This document shows, piece by piece, positions 20,568 through 31,379 of a stretch of 31,379 nucleotides of DNA (within the stretch, counting starts at the first letter, position 1; each line of letters starts with the position of its first letter). This DNA comes from Chloroflexota bacterium (lineage in GTDB: Bacteria; Chloroflexota; Dormibacteria; CF-121): the NCBI GenBank assembly GCA_005889395.1, contig VBFX01000026.1:1-31379 (forward strand). Direction: 5' to 3'. The translations under genes and the position numbers were made by a program. The notes under the pieces are model-generated. The model was given only the letters and a program-made list of their open reading frames with translations. It had not been told where the DNA came from and ran no database searches.

Positions 20568-20601
20568 GTTGTTCTGCGCAATTCATCGAGGAGTTGAGAT
20601 C

Positions 20602-21447
20602 ATGGCGATCCACAAGAGCGAATTGAATACCGCGGCTGTCGAGGTGGAGAGCATCTCGAAGCGCTTTGGCGAGGCTGGCCGCCCGAATCGGCTGATGCCC
20701 TGGCGGAAGGTGAAAAAGCCGAAGCTGGCGCTCGACCAGGTGTCATTGCACGTCGAGACCGGTCGGATCACCGGCATCCTGGGGGCGAACGGCAGCGGCA
20801 AGTCGACGCTGATCCGCATCCTGGCGACCTTGCTCACACCCGATGAGGGCAGCGCGTCAGTCTTCGGCTACGACGTGGTGTCGCAGGCTGACGCCGTGCG
20901 CCGCCACATCAACCGCGTCTCCGTGGAGGCCTCGTTCTTCAAAGAGATGAGCCCCTGGGAAAACATGCTCTACGCCGGGCGGCTCTATGGCAGCGGCGGC
21001 GACGGAACGCGGGATCGGGTCGAGGCGATGCTGGAGCGGCTCGGCCTGCCGCTCGACACCCTCGACAAGCCGATGAAGCAGCTGTCGCGTGGCCAGCAGC
21101 AGAAAGTCGCGATCGCCCGCAGTTTCCTGACATCGCCGTCGCTGCTGCTGATGGACGAGCCGACCACCGGCCTGGATCCGCGCTCCAAGCGCGAGGTCCA
21201 GGAACTGGTGCGGTCGATCCGGCGGGACCGCGCGGCCACCGTACTGCTCTGTACCCACGACCTGCAGGAGGCGGAGGTCCTCTGCGACCGCGTCGTCGTC
21301 ATCGACCAGGGCCGGGTGCTGGCGGACGGCACGCCCACCGAGCTGATCCGCATGCATGCCGGCAAGACCGACGGCAGCCTGGAAGACGCCTTCATGGCGC
21401 TGACCGGGAAGCGGCTCGAGGAAGACGAAGAGGAGAAGGAAGAATGA
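20602..21447 (+). CDS. ABC-2 type (DrrA-like) exporter ATP-binding protein
   Basis: GANGSGKS, LSRGQQQK, LLMDEPTTGLDP and THD motifs; GAGGAG SD. Confidence 0.92.
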   Translation: MAIHKSELNTAAVEVESISKRFGEAGRPNRLMPWRKVKKPKLALDQVSLHVETGRITGILGANGSGKSTLIRILATLLTPDEGSASVFGYDVVSQADAVRRHINRVSVEASFFKEMSPWENMLYAGRLYGSGGDGTRDRVEAMLERLGLPLDTLDKPMKQLSRGQQQKVAIARSFLTSPSLLLMDEPTTGLDPRSKREVQELVRSIRRDRAATVLLCTHDLQEAEVLCDRVVVIDQGRVLADGTPTELIRMHAGKTDGSLEDAFMALTGKRLEEDEEEKEE

Positions 21448-22280
21448 CCGGAAATACCCTTCGCTGGGAGCTGAACGCCTTCGTCGGTTTCATCGAAAGG
21501 CAGAAGAACCTCTACCGACGCTACTGGGCATGGGAGGCGGTCTGGCTGCTCTACAACCTGGTCAGCGTGCTCAGCATCGGCTACCTCGCGGCCGGCCTAT
21601 CGACGCTCGGGCTCGAGCAGGGACAGGCAAACCTGCACCAGACGCAGCTTTACCTGCTCGTGGGGGCGCTGCTCTGGACCTATCTGTCGCTGGTGTTCTT
21701 CGAAATCGCCTTCGCCATCACCTGGGAGCGTTGGGAGGGGACGATCGAGTACACCTTTATGGCGCCCATCAAGCGGCTCACCCACCTCCTGGGCGTGTCG
21801 GCCGCCTCATTGCTCTATGGGATGGCGCGCACAGCGATCATCGGCATCGGCGTGGTCCTGCTTTTCAGGATCGATTTGTCGCACGCCAACTGGCTGACGG
21901 CGCTGGCGATCTTCGCGGCCGCGACCCTCCCATTGCTCGGACTTGGCATCTTCACCTCGATCCTGCCGCTCCTGTCGCCGGAGAAGGGTGAGCAGATGGC
22001 GTTCGCGGTCCAGGGCGTGCTGCTCCTTATCTCGGGGGTCTACTACCCGATCACCGTGCTGCCCGGGCCGCTCCACCTGGCCGGCATCCTCTCGCCGCTC
22101 ACCTACACATTGGACGGGATCCGCGAGTCACTGCTCCATGGGCTCTCCCTGGCGGGCGCCCTACCCGACATCGGCATCCTACTGTTGATGGGCGTGATCC
22201 TGGTGCCTGCGTCGGTCTACTTTTTCCGGCGGGCGGAGATCCGGGCCAAAAGGTTGGGGTTGCTAAAGCGAAGCGGCTAG
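21444..22280 (+). CDS. ABC-2 type permease
   Basis: ATGA overlap with the ATPase; about 6 TM segments; ERWEGTIE and SGVYYPITVLP motifs. Confidence 0.9.
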   Translation: MTGNTLRWELNAFVGFIERQKNLYRRYWAWEAVWLLYNLVSVLSIGYLAAGLSTLGLEQGQANLHQTQLYLLVGALLWTYLSLVFFEIAFAITWERWEGTIEYTFMAPIKRLTHLLGVSAASLLYGMARTAIIGIGVVLLFRIDLSHANWLTALAIFAAATLPLLGLGIFTSILPLLSPEKGEQMAFAVQGVLLLISGVYYPITVLPGPLHLAGILSPLTYTLDGIRESLLHGLSLAGALPDIGILLLMGVILVPASVYFFRRAEIRAKRLGLLKRSG

Positions 22281-22289
22281 ATTACGACC

Positions 22290-22778
22290 ATGCCAAAAAT
22301 CTATTCGCCCACCCTGCATCCCCGGATCGAACAACGCAAACGGCAAGGCCCCGTCAAAGTCCGCGACGTCATGAAGAAGGATAGCCCGATCGCCCGCTTC
22401 AACACCTGGCTCGCCGTCAAGGTGACCAACGGCGTCGGCACGATGTGGTGTGCCTACGCCTTCGCAGCTCTGGCGATCGTCTCGCTTCCCGCGGCGATCG
22501 CGTCGGGTAACCCAGTCCTCATCGTCTCGTGGATCAGCCAGACCTTCCTGCAGCTCGTCCTGCTCAGCATCATCATCGTCGGCCAGAACGTGCTCGCTGC
22601 TGCCAGCGATAAGCGATCCGAGGCGACCTACGAGGACGCCGACGCCGTGCTGCATACGGCGCTCCAGATCCAGGACCACCTCCTGGCGCAGGACCTCGGT
22701 AGTCGACCCGGTTCCAGCCGCCACCCGGCACGCCCCACCAGTTCATCTCTGACACCACGAAGGAGCCGTCCGGATTGA
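22290..22778 (+). CDS. DUF1003-like membrane protein; C-terminus after about 22695 is probably artefactual
   Basis: VGTMWCAYAF, SQTFLQLVLLSIIIVGQN and DKRSEATYEDA. The tail is antisense CHAP sequence. Confidence 0.75.
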   Translation: MPKIYSPTLHPRIEQRKRQGPVKVRDVMKKDSPIARFNTWLAVKVTNGVGTMWCAYAFAALAIVSLPAAIASGNPVLIVSWISQTFLQLVLLSIIIVGQNVLAAASDKRSEATYEDADAVLHTALQIQDHLLAQDLGSRPGSSRHPARPTSSSLTPRRSRPD

Positions 22779-23298
22779 CCGACTCGACATAGGCGACGTG
22801 CCCCTGTGGCGACGTGGCGCTGATGCCCATCACCATGACGGCGCCCGCTCGGGGCGTGGCTCCCTCGGCGAAGCCGAAGGGCCGGGCGTTCCACCACCAT
22901 TGCGCGGCGTTCCCCCGCCATGGGATGTAGCGCTTGTGCGCCACCCACCAGGTGCAGTAGCCATAGCTGAATCCGTTGGCCCCCGACGCGGGAGCCGCCG
23001 CTGCCGAGGGAACGCGTGCCATCGTCCGCACCATGGGTCGCCCGACCAGTGGCTGCGCTGCCGCGACGGTCGGGCTTGGTTCCGGCGTCGCCAGGACGTA
23101 GATCATGACGGCGACGCGCGCCTGGTGCGGTATGGGCTCGTCCAGAGGTTCGATCGGACTGGAGGGCGGGACGACGGCGGCAGCGGCTGCCGCCGGAAGC
23201 GGGGGTTGCGGCATCGACGCGAGTGCACCGAAGCCGAACGCGAAGATCGCTCCTCCCCCGACCGTCAGACGCAGGGTCGCACCAACGGTGCGATTCAC
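22573..23298 (-). CDS. CHAP-domain peptidoglycan hydrolase; C-terminus past about 22697 is probably artefactual
   Basis: N-terminal signal/TM segment, GYCTWW (catalytic Cys), WRGNAAQW, GHVAYVE (His) and SEMNW. Confidence 0.85.
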   Translation of the reverse strand: MNRTVGATLRLTVGGGAIFAFGFGALASMPQPPLPAAAAAAVVPPSSPIEPLDEPIPHQARVAVMIYVLATPEPSPTVAAAQPLVGRPMVRTMARVPSAAAAPASGANGFSYGYCTWWVAHKRYIPWRGNAAQWWWNARPFGFAEGATPRAGAVMVMGISATSPQGHVAYVESVNPDGSFVVSEMNWWGVPGGGWNRVDYRGPAPGGGPGSGAPYAARRRRPRRSPRIAYRWQQRARSGRR

Positions 23299-23409
23299 GG
23301 TCCAACCTCCTTCCCTCAGTTGGATCAGATGCGCCGTCTACCGCTGGCCGTAGAGGACGCCGAGTAAAGAGAGGGGGTCGTACCGTTACGTAACTAGCCG
23401 TGGTCAACC

Positions 23410-23437
23410 CTACTACAAAGGGTCCATACCTTGTCAA
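23410..23437 (-). promoter_or_regulatory. Promoter of the CHAP gene
   Basis: Minus strand TTGACA, 16 bp spacer, TG-TAGTAG. Confidence 0.5.
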
Positions 23438-23473
23438 GTCGTATGGGAAATGACGCGGCTTAGAATCAACGCC

Positions 23474-23890
23474 ATGCTGAGCCGGATCGACCATGTCGGG
23501 ATCGCCGTCCGCGATCTCGATGAGGCGATTCGGATCTACGAGCGGCGGCTGGGATTGCGGTCGACAGGACGGGAGCGCCTCGAGCGTGAAGGTATCGAGA
23601 TTGCGATGATCCCGATCGGGGAGAGCCGGATCGAGTTGATCATGCCGATCGATCCGGACTCGCGTGTGGAAAAGTTCCTCCAGGATCGCGGCGAAGCGGT
23701 GCACCACGTCGCCTATGCCACCGATGATGTCCGGGCTTCCCTCGAGCAGGCGGGCGCCGCCGGCGCGCAGCTGCTCGACGAAGTGGCTCGGGCGGGCGCG
23801 CACGGGACCCGGATCGGATTTGTCCATCCCAAGAGCGTCTGCGGCGTACTGACTGAGTTCGTGGAAGCGGATGGCCACTCCGGCGCCTAA
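23474..23890 (+). CDS. mce: Methylmalonyl-CoA epimerase (VOC family), probably leaderless
   Basis: IDHVGIAV, RGEAVHHVAY, FVHPKSVCGVLTEFVE motifs; TAGAAT 7 nt before ATG. Confidence 0.92.
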   Translation: MLSRIDHVGIAVRDLDEAIRIYERRLGLRSTGRERLEREGIEIAMIPIGESRIELIMPIDPDSRVEKFLQDRGEAVHHVAYATDDVRASLEQAGAAGAQLLDEVARAGAHGTRIGFVHPKSVCGVLTEFVEADGHSGA

Positions 23891-25472
23891 GCCCGCCGCC
23901 GACCATCCGTCCGAGCCCGCCACCGACAGCGGTCTGCCGCTCAAGCCCGTCTACCAGGCGGCCGACGCCGGGGCGGAGGCACCACCGCCGGGCGAGTACC
24001 CGTTCACCCGCGGCATTTACCCCGAGATGTATCGCCGTCGCCCCTGGACGATCCGCCAGTATGCCGGGTTCGGCAGCGCGGCCGAAACCAATCGCCGCTT
24101 CCGCTACTTGCTGGAACGAGGCCAGACCGGGCTCTCGGTCGCCTTCGACCTGCCGACCCAGATCGGGCACGACGCCGATGCCCCGATGGCGAGGGGCGAG
24201 GTCGGCAAGGTCGGCGTGTCGATCTCCTCGCTTAAAGACATGGAGACGCTGCTCGCCGGAATTCCGCTGGACCAGGTCAGCACCTCGATGACGATCAACG
24301 CCCCGGCCGCGATCCTGCTCCTGCTCTACGAGCTCGTGGCCGAGCAGCAGGGGGTGGCGGGCAGCCGGCTGAACGGCACGGTGCAGAACGACATCCTCAA
24401 GGAGTACGCGGCGCGGGGCACCTACGTCTTTCCGCCCCGCCCGTCGATGCGGCTCGCCACCGACCTCTTCGCCTATTGCAAGGACCGGCTACCGAACTGG
24501 AACACGATCTCGATCTCCGGCTACCACCTGCGGGAGGCCGGCGCCACGGCGGTGCAGGAGCTGGGATTCACTATGGCGCACGCCGTCGCCTATGTCGACG
24601 CCGCCCGGGCCGCGGGGCTCGCGGTCGCGGACTTCGCCCCGCGCATCTCCTTCTTCTTTGCCGTCTTCTCGGACTTTTTCGAAGAGGTGGCGAAGTTCCG
24701 TGCCGCCCGGCAGCTCTGGGCGCGCCTGATCAAGGACCGGTACGGGGTCAGCGACCCGCGGGCGCAGACGCTCCGATTCCACACCCAGACCGGGGGCAGC
24801 ACGCTGACGGCGCAGCAGCCCCACAACAACATCGTGCGGGTCGCCCTCCAGGCGCTGAGCGCGGTGCTGGGCGGAACGCAGAGCCTGCACGCCAACTCCT
24901 TCGACGAGGCGCTCGGACTCCCCTCCGAGATGGCGGCGACGCTCTCCGTGCGAACGCAGCAGATCATCGCCAACGAGACCAACGTCGCCAGCGTTGCCGA
25001 CCCGATGGGTGGGAGCTACCTGATCGAAGCCCTCACCAGCCAGTTGGATGCCGGGGCGAGCGCGCTGATCGCCGAGGTCGACCGGCGCGGCGGTGCCATC
25101 GCGGCGATCGAGACCGGCTTCACCCAGGATGCCATCCAGGAGAGCGCCTATCGCTTCCAGCAGGCGGTGGAGACGGGGCGTCGCGTCGTGGTTGGGGTCA
25201 ACCGCTTCCAGGGCGACGACGAAGTCGTCGAGATTGTGAAGATCAGCCCGCACCACGAGCGCGAGCAGGTCGAGGCCCTCAAGCGCCTGCGGGCGGAGCG
25301 CGATGCTGGGCGAGTCGAGGCGTCTCTCCAGGGCGTGCGCCAGGCCGCCGAGGGTACGGCGAATTTGCTACCGCCAATGCGGGAGGCGCTGCGGGCCTAT
25401 GCCACCATAGGAGAGGTGTGCGGCGTGTTGCGCGACGTGTTCGGTGAGTACCGGCCGGGGTCGCGCAGCTAG
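23871..25472 (+). CDS. mcmA: Methylmalonyl-CoA mutase, large (substrate-binding) subunit without B12-binding domain
   Basis: [19 protein letters not shown] (Tyr specificity residue), [25 protein letters not shown] and FHTQT motifs. Confidence 0.93.
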   Translation: MATPAPKPAADHPSEPATDSGLPLKPVYQAADAGAEAPPPGEYPFTRGIYPEMYRRRPWTIRQYAGFGSAAETNRRFRYLLERGQTGLSVAFDLPTQIGHDADAPMARGEVGKVGVSISSLKDMETLLAGIPLDQVSTSMTINAPAAILLLLYELVAEQQGVAGSRLNGTVQNDILKEYAARGTYVFPPRPSMRLATDLFAYCKDRLPNWNTISISGYHLREAGATAVQELGFTMAHAVAYVDAARAAGLAVADFAPRISFFFAVFSDFFEEVAKFRAARQLWARLIKDRYGVSDPRAQTLRFHTQTGGSTLTAQQPHNNIVRVALQALSAVLGGTQSLHANSFDEALGLPSEMAATLSVRTQQIIANETNVASVADPMGGSYLIEALTSQLDAGASALIAEVDRRGGAIAAIETGFTQDAIQESAYRFQQAVETGRRVVVGVNRFQGDDEVVEIVKISPHHEREQVEALKRLRAERDAGRVEASLQGVRQAAEGTANLLPPMREALRAYATIGEVCGVLRDVFGEYRPGSRS

Positions 25473-25475
25473 GTC

Positions 25476-26958
25476 ATGGCAACCCGGGCCCCCAAGGACG
25501 CTACACCCTCACCCTCGGAACGCCAGATCAACATCCTGCGCAAGCGCAAGTACGACGCCATGCACCGGGGCGGCGCTTCGCCGTCCATCGCACCGAAGCG
25601 TTCGGCATGGGGGAGAAGAAGATCGCCGGCGATGGCGTGGTGACCGGCTACGGGACCGTCGACGGCCGCGAGGTCTTCCTCTTCTCCCACGACGCGAGCG
25701 TCTTCGGCGGCTCGCTCGGCGAGGTGTTCGCCGAGAAGGTCTGCAAGGTCATGGACCTCGCGGTCCGCGCCGGCCGGCCCTGCGTGGGCATCAACGACTC
25801 CGGCGGCGCCCGCATCCAGGAAGGGGTCGTCAGCCTGGCCGGCTATGCCGACATCTTCCTTCGGAATGTCCAGTCGTCTGGCGTCGTGCCGCAGATCTCG
25901 GTCATCGCCGGGCCCTGTACCGGGGGCGCCGTCTACTCGCCGGCAATCACGGACTTCGTCTTCATGGTCGAGCACCTCGGCTACATGTTCATCACCGGGC
26001 CGGAGGTGGTCCGGGTGACGACCGGTGAGCAGGTCGGCTTCGACGAGCTCGGCGGCGCCGAGGTCCACAACATCCGCAGCGGCGTCGCCCATTTCCTCGA
26101 CGAGTCGGAGGCCGAGGCGTTTAGCAGCGTGCGCCGGCTCCTCTCCTACCTGCCGGGCAGCAATCGGGAGCGACCACCCGCGATCACGCCGGCTGACGAT
26201 CCGCAGCGTCGCGACCGGATGCTGCAGTCACTCATCCCGGAAAATCCGAACCAGCCCTACGACATGAAGGCGGCGATCGGGGCGGTGGTCGACGACGGCA
26301 GCTTCATGGAGGTCCAGGAGCACTTCGCCCAGAACCTCGTCGTCGGCTTTGCCCGGCTGGATGGCGAGGTGGTCGGGATCGTCGGCAACCAGCCGCGCAT
26401 CCTCGCCGGGGCGCTCGACATCAATGCCTCCGTCAAGGGCGCTCGCTTCGTCCGCTTCTGCGACGCCTTCAATATCCCGCTTGTCACGTTCGTCGACGTT
26501 CCCGGGTTTCTTCCCGGCACGGCCCAGGAGTACAACGGGATCATCCGGCACGGTGCCAAGCTGCTCTACGCCTTTGCCGAAGCGACCGTGCCGAAGCTCA
26601 CCGTCATCACGCGCAAGGCCTACGGCGGCGCCTACGACGTCATGTCGTCGAAGCACATTGGTGGAGACTTCAACTATGCCTGGCCGGCGGCCGAGATCGC
26701 GGTCATGGGACCCCAGGCCGCGGTCAACATCATCTTCAAGCGCGAGATCGCGGCGGCCAAAGAGCCGGCAAAGAAAGCCGAGCAGCTGGTCGACGACTAC
26801 AAGGAAAAGTTCGCCAACCCCTACGTCGCGGCGGAACGCGGCTTCCTGGACGACGTCATCGAGCCCCAGGACACGCGGCCGACGCTGATCCGCTCGCTGC
26901 ACCTGCTCAAGGAGAAGCAGGTCGACCGCCCGCATCGCCGCCACGGAAATATCCCTTT

Positions 26959-26962
<4 letters not shown>
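25476..26962 (+). pseudogene. pccB: Acyl-CoA (propionyl-CoA) carboxylase carboxyltransferase subunit, apparently frameshifted near 25577 (probably an assembly gap)
   Basis: [33 protein letters not shown] and RKAYGGAY motifs. The N-terminal piece from ATG 25476 switches frame at MHRGGA|[10 protein letters not shown]. Confidence 0.88.
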
Positions 26963-28088
<1,126 letters not shown>

Positions 28089-28092
<4 letters not shown>

Positions 28093-28985
28093 GCATCCTC
28101 CTGACGCGCGAAAGCCGCGTCCTCGTGCAGGGTCTGACCGGGCGCGAAGGCAGCTTTCACACCGAGCAGATGAGGGCCTACGGAACCAACGTCGTCGCCG
28201 GTGTGAGCCCGGGCAAGGGGGGCACGACCCACCTCGGCATCCCCGTCTTCGACACCGTCGCCGATGCGAGGCGGGAGACTGGCGCCGACGTCGGCGGCAT
28301 CTTCGTGCCGGCGCCTTTCGCGGCTGACGCGATCATGGAAGCCGCCGCGGCCGGCATCGGGCTGATCGTCTGTATCACGGAGGGCATCCCGCTCTACGAC
28401 ATGGTGCGCGCGCGCGCCTTCGTCGTCGATGCCGGGGTCAAGCTGATCGGGCCGAACTGTCCCGGGTTGGCGACGGCGGGCGAAGCGAAGGTGGGCATCA
28501 TCCCCAACCACATCACGACCCCGGGATCCGTCGGCATCGTCTCGCGCAGCGGCACCCTCACCTACGAGGTGATCCAGGGATTGAGCCAGGCTGGCGTGGG
28601 CCAGACCACGTCGGTGGGGATCGGCGGCGATCCGATTCTCGGCCTCTCCTTCAGCGACGTCCTGCGGCTCTTCAAGGATGATCCGGCCACAACAGCGGTG
28701 GTGGTGATCGGCGAGATCGGCGGCAGCGACGAGGAAGCGGCCGCTGAACAGGTGATTGGCCGGGGCTTCGGCAAGCCGGTGATCGGCTTCATCAGCGGAC
28801 GCACCGCTCCGCCCGGAAAGCGGATGGGCCACGCAGGCGCGATCATCTCGGGCAACACCGGCACCGCGGCGTCGAAGCTGCTGGCGTTGAAGCGGGCGGG
28901 GGCGCAGGTGTGCGACACCATCGAGGAAGTGGTGGCGGCCGCGGGGGCCGCCCTGGGCCAACCGTCAAGCGCCGCGCACCGCTAA
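28089..28985 (+). CDS. sucD: Succinate--CoA ligase alpha subunit
   Basis: [41 protein letters not shown] and MGHAGA (phospho-His) motifs. Confidence 0.96.
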
Positions 28986-29050
28986 GCCGCCGAGACCGGC
29001 AAGCCCGGCCCCAACCCGCGCCCCGTACGCGACGACGGCGCTTTCCCCGA

Positions 29051-30448
29051 CTGCGCCGCGCCGGCCTCGTGCTGCTGCTCGTCGTCATTGTCCTCACGGT
29101 CGTCGCATATTTGCCGGCGGGCAGCCTTGCGGCGGCGGTCCCGCCGGCGCACTATGGCGAATCGTCGATGAGCTGGCTGCGGACCAGCGGCGGCCAGATC
29201 GTCGACGGTTCCGGGCGCAAGGTATTGCTGCGCGGTTTCAATGACGCCGCGCTCGTCTCCTATCCGAACAACCCACCCCCGCCGCTCGACGAGATGGATG
29301 CGACCCTGATGCAGCACACCGGCGTCGACGTCGTCCGCCTCGGCATCGACTGGTCGCAGCTCGAGCCGGAACGCGGTCACATCAACCAGGTTTACCTCGA
29401 CCGTGTCGCCGAGGCGGTCTCCATGATGAACCGCCACGGCCTCTACGTGATCCTCGACATGCATTTCCGTCTTGGATGGAGCCCGCGCTTCGGCTACTCC
29501 GGCGCACCAGGTTGGGCGACCATCGGTGTTCCCAACTGGAATCCCTTGCACGAGTCCTGGAGCCCAGCGCTCTCGCCCGCCGCCTTTACGTCCGACACCT
29601 ATTTCTGGCTGTCGTCGGACTGGAAAAAGGACTTCTACCTGACCTGGCAGGCGGTCGCGGCGCGCTTCAAGGACAATGCCGGGTTGGCCGGTTACGACAT
29701 CTTCAACGAGGCGCATCCGCTGCCGATCCCGCCCCGCATCTTCGAGAAGTTCTACCTCTTTCCAATGTTCAAAGAGGCGATCGAGGCGATCGGCCGCATC
29801 GACTCGAATCACCTCTTCTTCATCGAGGGCATCCTGTTGCTGACCATGAACACGGCGGTCGTCCACCTCAAAGCGCCGAACCTCGTCTACGGCACACACG
29901 TCTACGAAGGTTCCCTGGTCCCGCCCCACTGGGACGGCGATCCCACGTTTCTCCGTTCGCGGTTTCAGCAGCGCGCCAAGGAAGCCGCCGAAGTGCCGGC
30001 GCCGCTCTGGGTGGGCGAGCTTGGCTACGATCTGGGCGCGCCGGGGGCAACCACGTACATTGACGCGGCCCTCGACGAGGCCGATGATCTTGGCATCGGC
30101 TGGGCGTGGTGGCAATGGCGCGAGAGCCGCTGGTGGGGCATGGTGGACCGCGGCGGCCAGCTGGTCAATCGGGATGTGCTGCGGCACCTCGCGCGTCCCT
30201 ACGTCATCGCGGCGCCCGCTGGTGTCCATCCCGGTCGCGGCGACGGAGTCCGTGGAGCCCTCACGATCCGGGTGGACGCCGGACACGCGGACCAGCCCAT
30301 CGTCATCGGCTGGTCGGCGCTCACGCTGACGGCGCCGGTCGCCAGCGGGACGTGTTTGGCGAGCTCGCAGTGGGACGCCACCGCCGGGCGGCTCACCTTG
30401 CAGGTAGATTCGGGGAAGGGATGTCAGGTGACGCTTCACGCCGGGTAG
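29051..30448 (+). CDS. GH5 glycoside hydrolase (endoglycoceramidase-like), secreted or membrane-anchored; start uncertain
   Basis: VRLGIDWSQLEP, VILDMH, YDIFNE (acid/base), THVY and WVGELG (nucleophile); N-terminal TM segment. Candidate starts are CTG 29051 and GTG 29069. Confidence 0.85.
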   Translation: MRRAGLVLLLVVIVLTVVAYLPAGSLAAAVPPAHYGESSMSWLRTSGGQIVDGSGRKVLLRGFNDAALVSYPNNPPPPLDEMDATLMQHTGVDVVRLGIDWSQLEPERGHINQVYLDRVAEAVSMMNRHGLYVILDMHFRLGWSPRFGYSGAPGWATIGVPNWNPLHESWSPALSPAAFTSDTYFWLSSDWKKDFYLTWQAVAARFKDNAGLAGYDIFNEAHPLPIPPRIFEKFYLFPMFKEAIEAIGRIDSNHLFFIEGILLLTMNTAVVHLKAPNLVYGTHVYEGSLVPPHWDGDPTFLRSRFQQRAKEAAEVPAPLWVGELGYDLGAPGATTYIDAALDEADDLGIGWAWWQWRESRWWGMVDRGGQLVNRDVLRHLARPYVIAAPAGVHPGRGDGVRGALTIRVDAGHADQPIVIGWSALTLTAPVASGTCLASSQWDATAGRLTLQVDSGKGCQVTLHAG

Positions 30449-31059
30449 GCACGCTCGCCCCTCCCTGGCTTCGGTATGGGCTGATCGCCGGGATCGTCGC
30501 GTTCAGCGGTACACTGGCCGCCAACCTGGCGGTCACCTGGATGTCGCCGGCCGAACTCTGCCGTGCGGGCCCGCTGATCATTCCGCTGTTAAGCCTCGGC
30601 GCGATGTTCATCTTCGTCGTGATGTCCGCCGCAGCGGGATTTGCCACCGGTCGTACGGTAAGTTCCGGACCCGACTCGGCACTGGCCGGGTTGCTGGTGG
30701 GGGTGTTGGGTGGCTGTGCCGTGCTTGTGCTTCTCCCATTCGTCCCAAGCGCCCAGCACCGCTTCCAGGAACTCGCTTCGGTTTGCTCTGGGACGGGTTC
30801 AACCTTCTTCTTCGGCTTTGGGTCACCGCCGCCAGGCTTCGTCTTTGGGTCACCGCCGCCAGGCTTCGTCATTCCGACACCCCCTCCGGAGGCATTCGCG
30901 ACTCCGCCGCCCGAGGTCCTGGCTCCCCCCTCCGGCTCTGCTGCCACGGTGTTGGAACTGCTCGGGATGATGGTCACGATCGTCATCGGAATCGGCATCG
31001 CTGTTGGCGTGGCTGCGGTAGCAGGGCTGGTCGGCCGAGCGACGCGATCCGAGGCCTAA
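30421..31059 (+). CDS. Hypothetical multi-pass membrane protein with Pro-rich loop
   Basis: About 4 hydrophobic segments; ATG 30421 follows GGGAAGGG and overlaps the GH5 end. Confidence 0.7.
   Translation: MSGDASRRVGTLAPPWLRYGLIAGIVAFSGTLAANLAVTWMSPAELCRAGPLIIPLLSLGAMFIFVVMSAAAGFATGRTVSSGPDSALAGLLVGVLGGCAVLVLLPFVPSAQHRFQELASVCSGTGSTFFFGFGSPPPGFVFGSPPPGFVIPTPPPEAFATPPPEVLAPPSGSAATVLELLGMMVTIVIGIGIAVGVAAVAGLVGRATRSEA
30817..30870 (+). repeat. Perfect 27-nt tandem duplication (FGSPPPGFV x2)
   Basis: TTTGGGTCACCGCCGCCAGGCTTCGTC occurs twice in tandem. Confidence 0.95.
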
Positions 31060-31073
31060 GCGGGCGAGGTGCG

Positions 31074-31379
31074 CTACCCGGCTCGGCGGTAGGCGCCCTC
31101 GAACTGCTTCGCGATCACGGCGTAGCCCTGGCTGCTCGGATGAAACCCATCGGCGCTGATCCATTCGGGGTGCTGCGCGATCTGGCTGTCATTGAGATTC
31201 AAGTCAACCAGGGTGGCCCCTTCCTTGGTGGCGGCGTCGCTGATGGCGGCGTTGTAACCGGCGACGGCCGCGCCGACCGCCTGCGGGGTCGGCATCAACC
31301 CCGCGGGGATCAGGCACGTGGGTCCGCCGGTTGGCGCGTTCGGCAAGCAGGCACGGTAGGCGGGAAGCTGGGCGAGGTC
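31074..31379 (-). CDS. SGNH/GDSL hydrolase family protein, C-terminal part (5' end outside window)
   Basis: YNAAI, LVDL and DGFHPSSQGY (DxxH); frame open to the window edge. Confidence 0.85.
   Translation of the reverse strand, partial: DLAQLPAYRACLPNAPTGGPTCLIPAGLMPTPQAVGAAVAGYNAAISDAATKEGATLVDLNLNDSQIAQHPEWISADGFHPSSQGYAVIAKQFEGAYRRAG

Noticed and set aside
23871-25472. Isobutyryl-CoA or 2-hydroxyisobutyryl-CoA mutase
   Set aside because: RQYAG keeps Tyr rather than Phe or Ile, and mce, pccB and sucCD are adjacent.

Overview
High-GC housekeeping region with Actinobacteria/Chloroflexi-like genes. Candidatus Dormibacterota is a guess from gene style and is not verified. Contents: class II (B12) ribonucleotide reductase with tandem NrdR boxes, tdh-kbl, an ECF sigma pair, galU, a TetR/MDR-dehydrogenase cassette with two clear operators, PolX-PHP, a CaiB CoA-transferase, a TIGR03118 protein, coaE, a membrane Fe-S oxidoreductase, a DUF222-HNH gene, an ABC-2 exporter, DUF1003, a CHAP protein, an mce-mcm-pccB-sucCD operon, a GH5 enzyme and a partial SGNH hydrolase. 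No rRNA, tRNA, CRISPR array or transposase was seen. Most interesting: (1) a transcription unit at about 2920-3461 with an A-tract promoter, a 160-300 nt structured RNA with competing helices and a U-tailed hairpin, then a 21-aa Lys-rich micro-ORF with a perfect SD and its own terminator; (2) an unclassified attenuator/riboswitch-like leader before the ABC exporter; (3) several apparently leaderless genes, including two divergent pairs sharing 19-23 bp; (4) three small ORFs missed by the ORF track. Caveat: 8-9 internal deletions of roughly 25-35 codons break otherwise clean genes. These are most likely stripped scaffold gaps, so the 'pseudogenes' here should be treated with caution.
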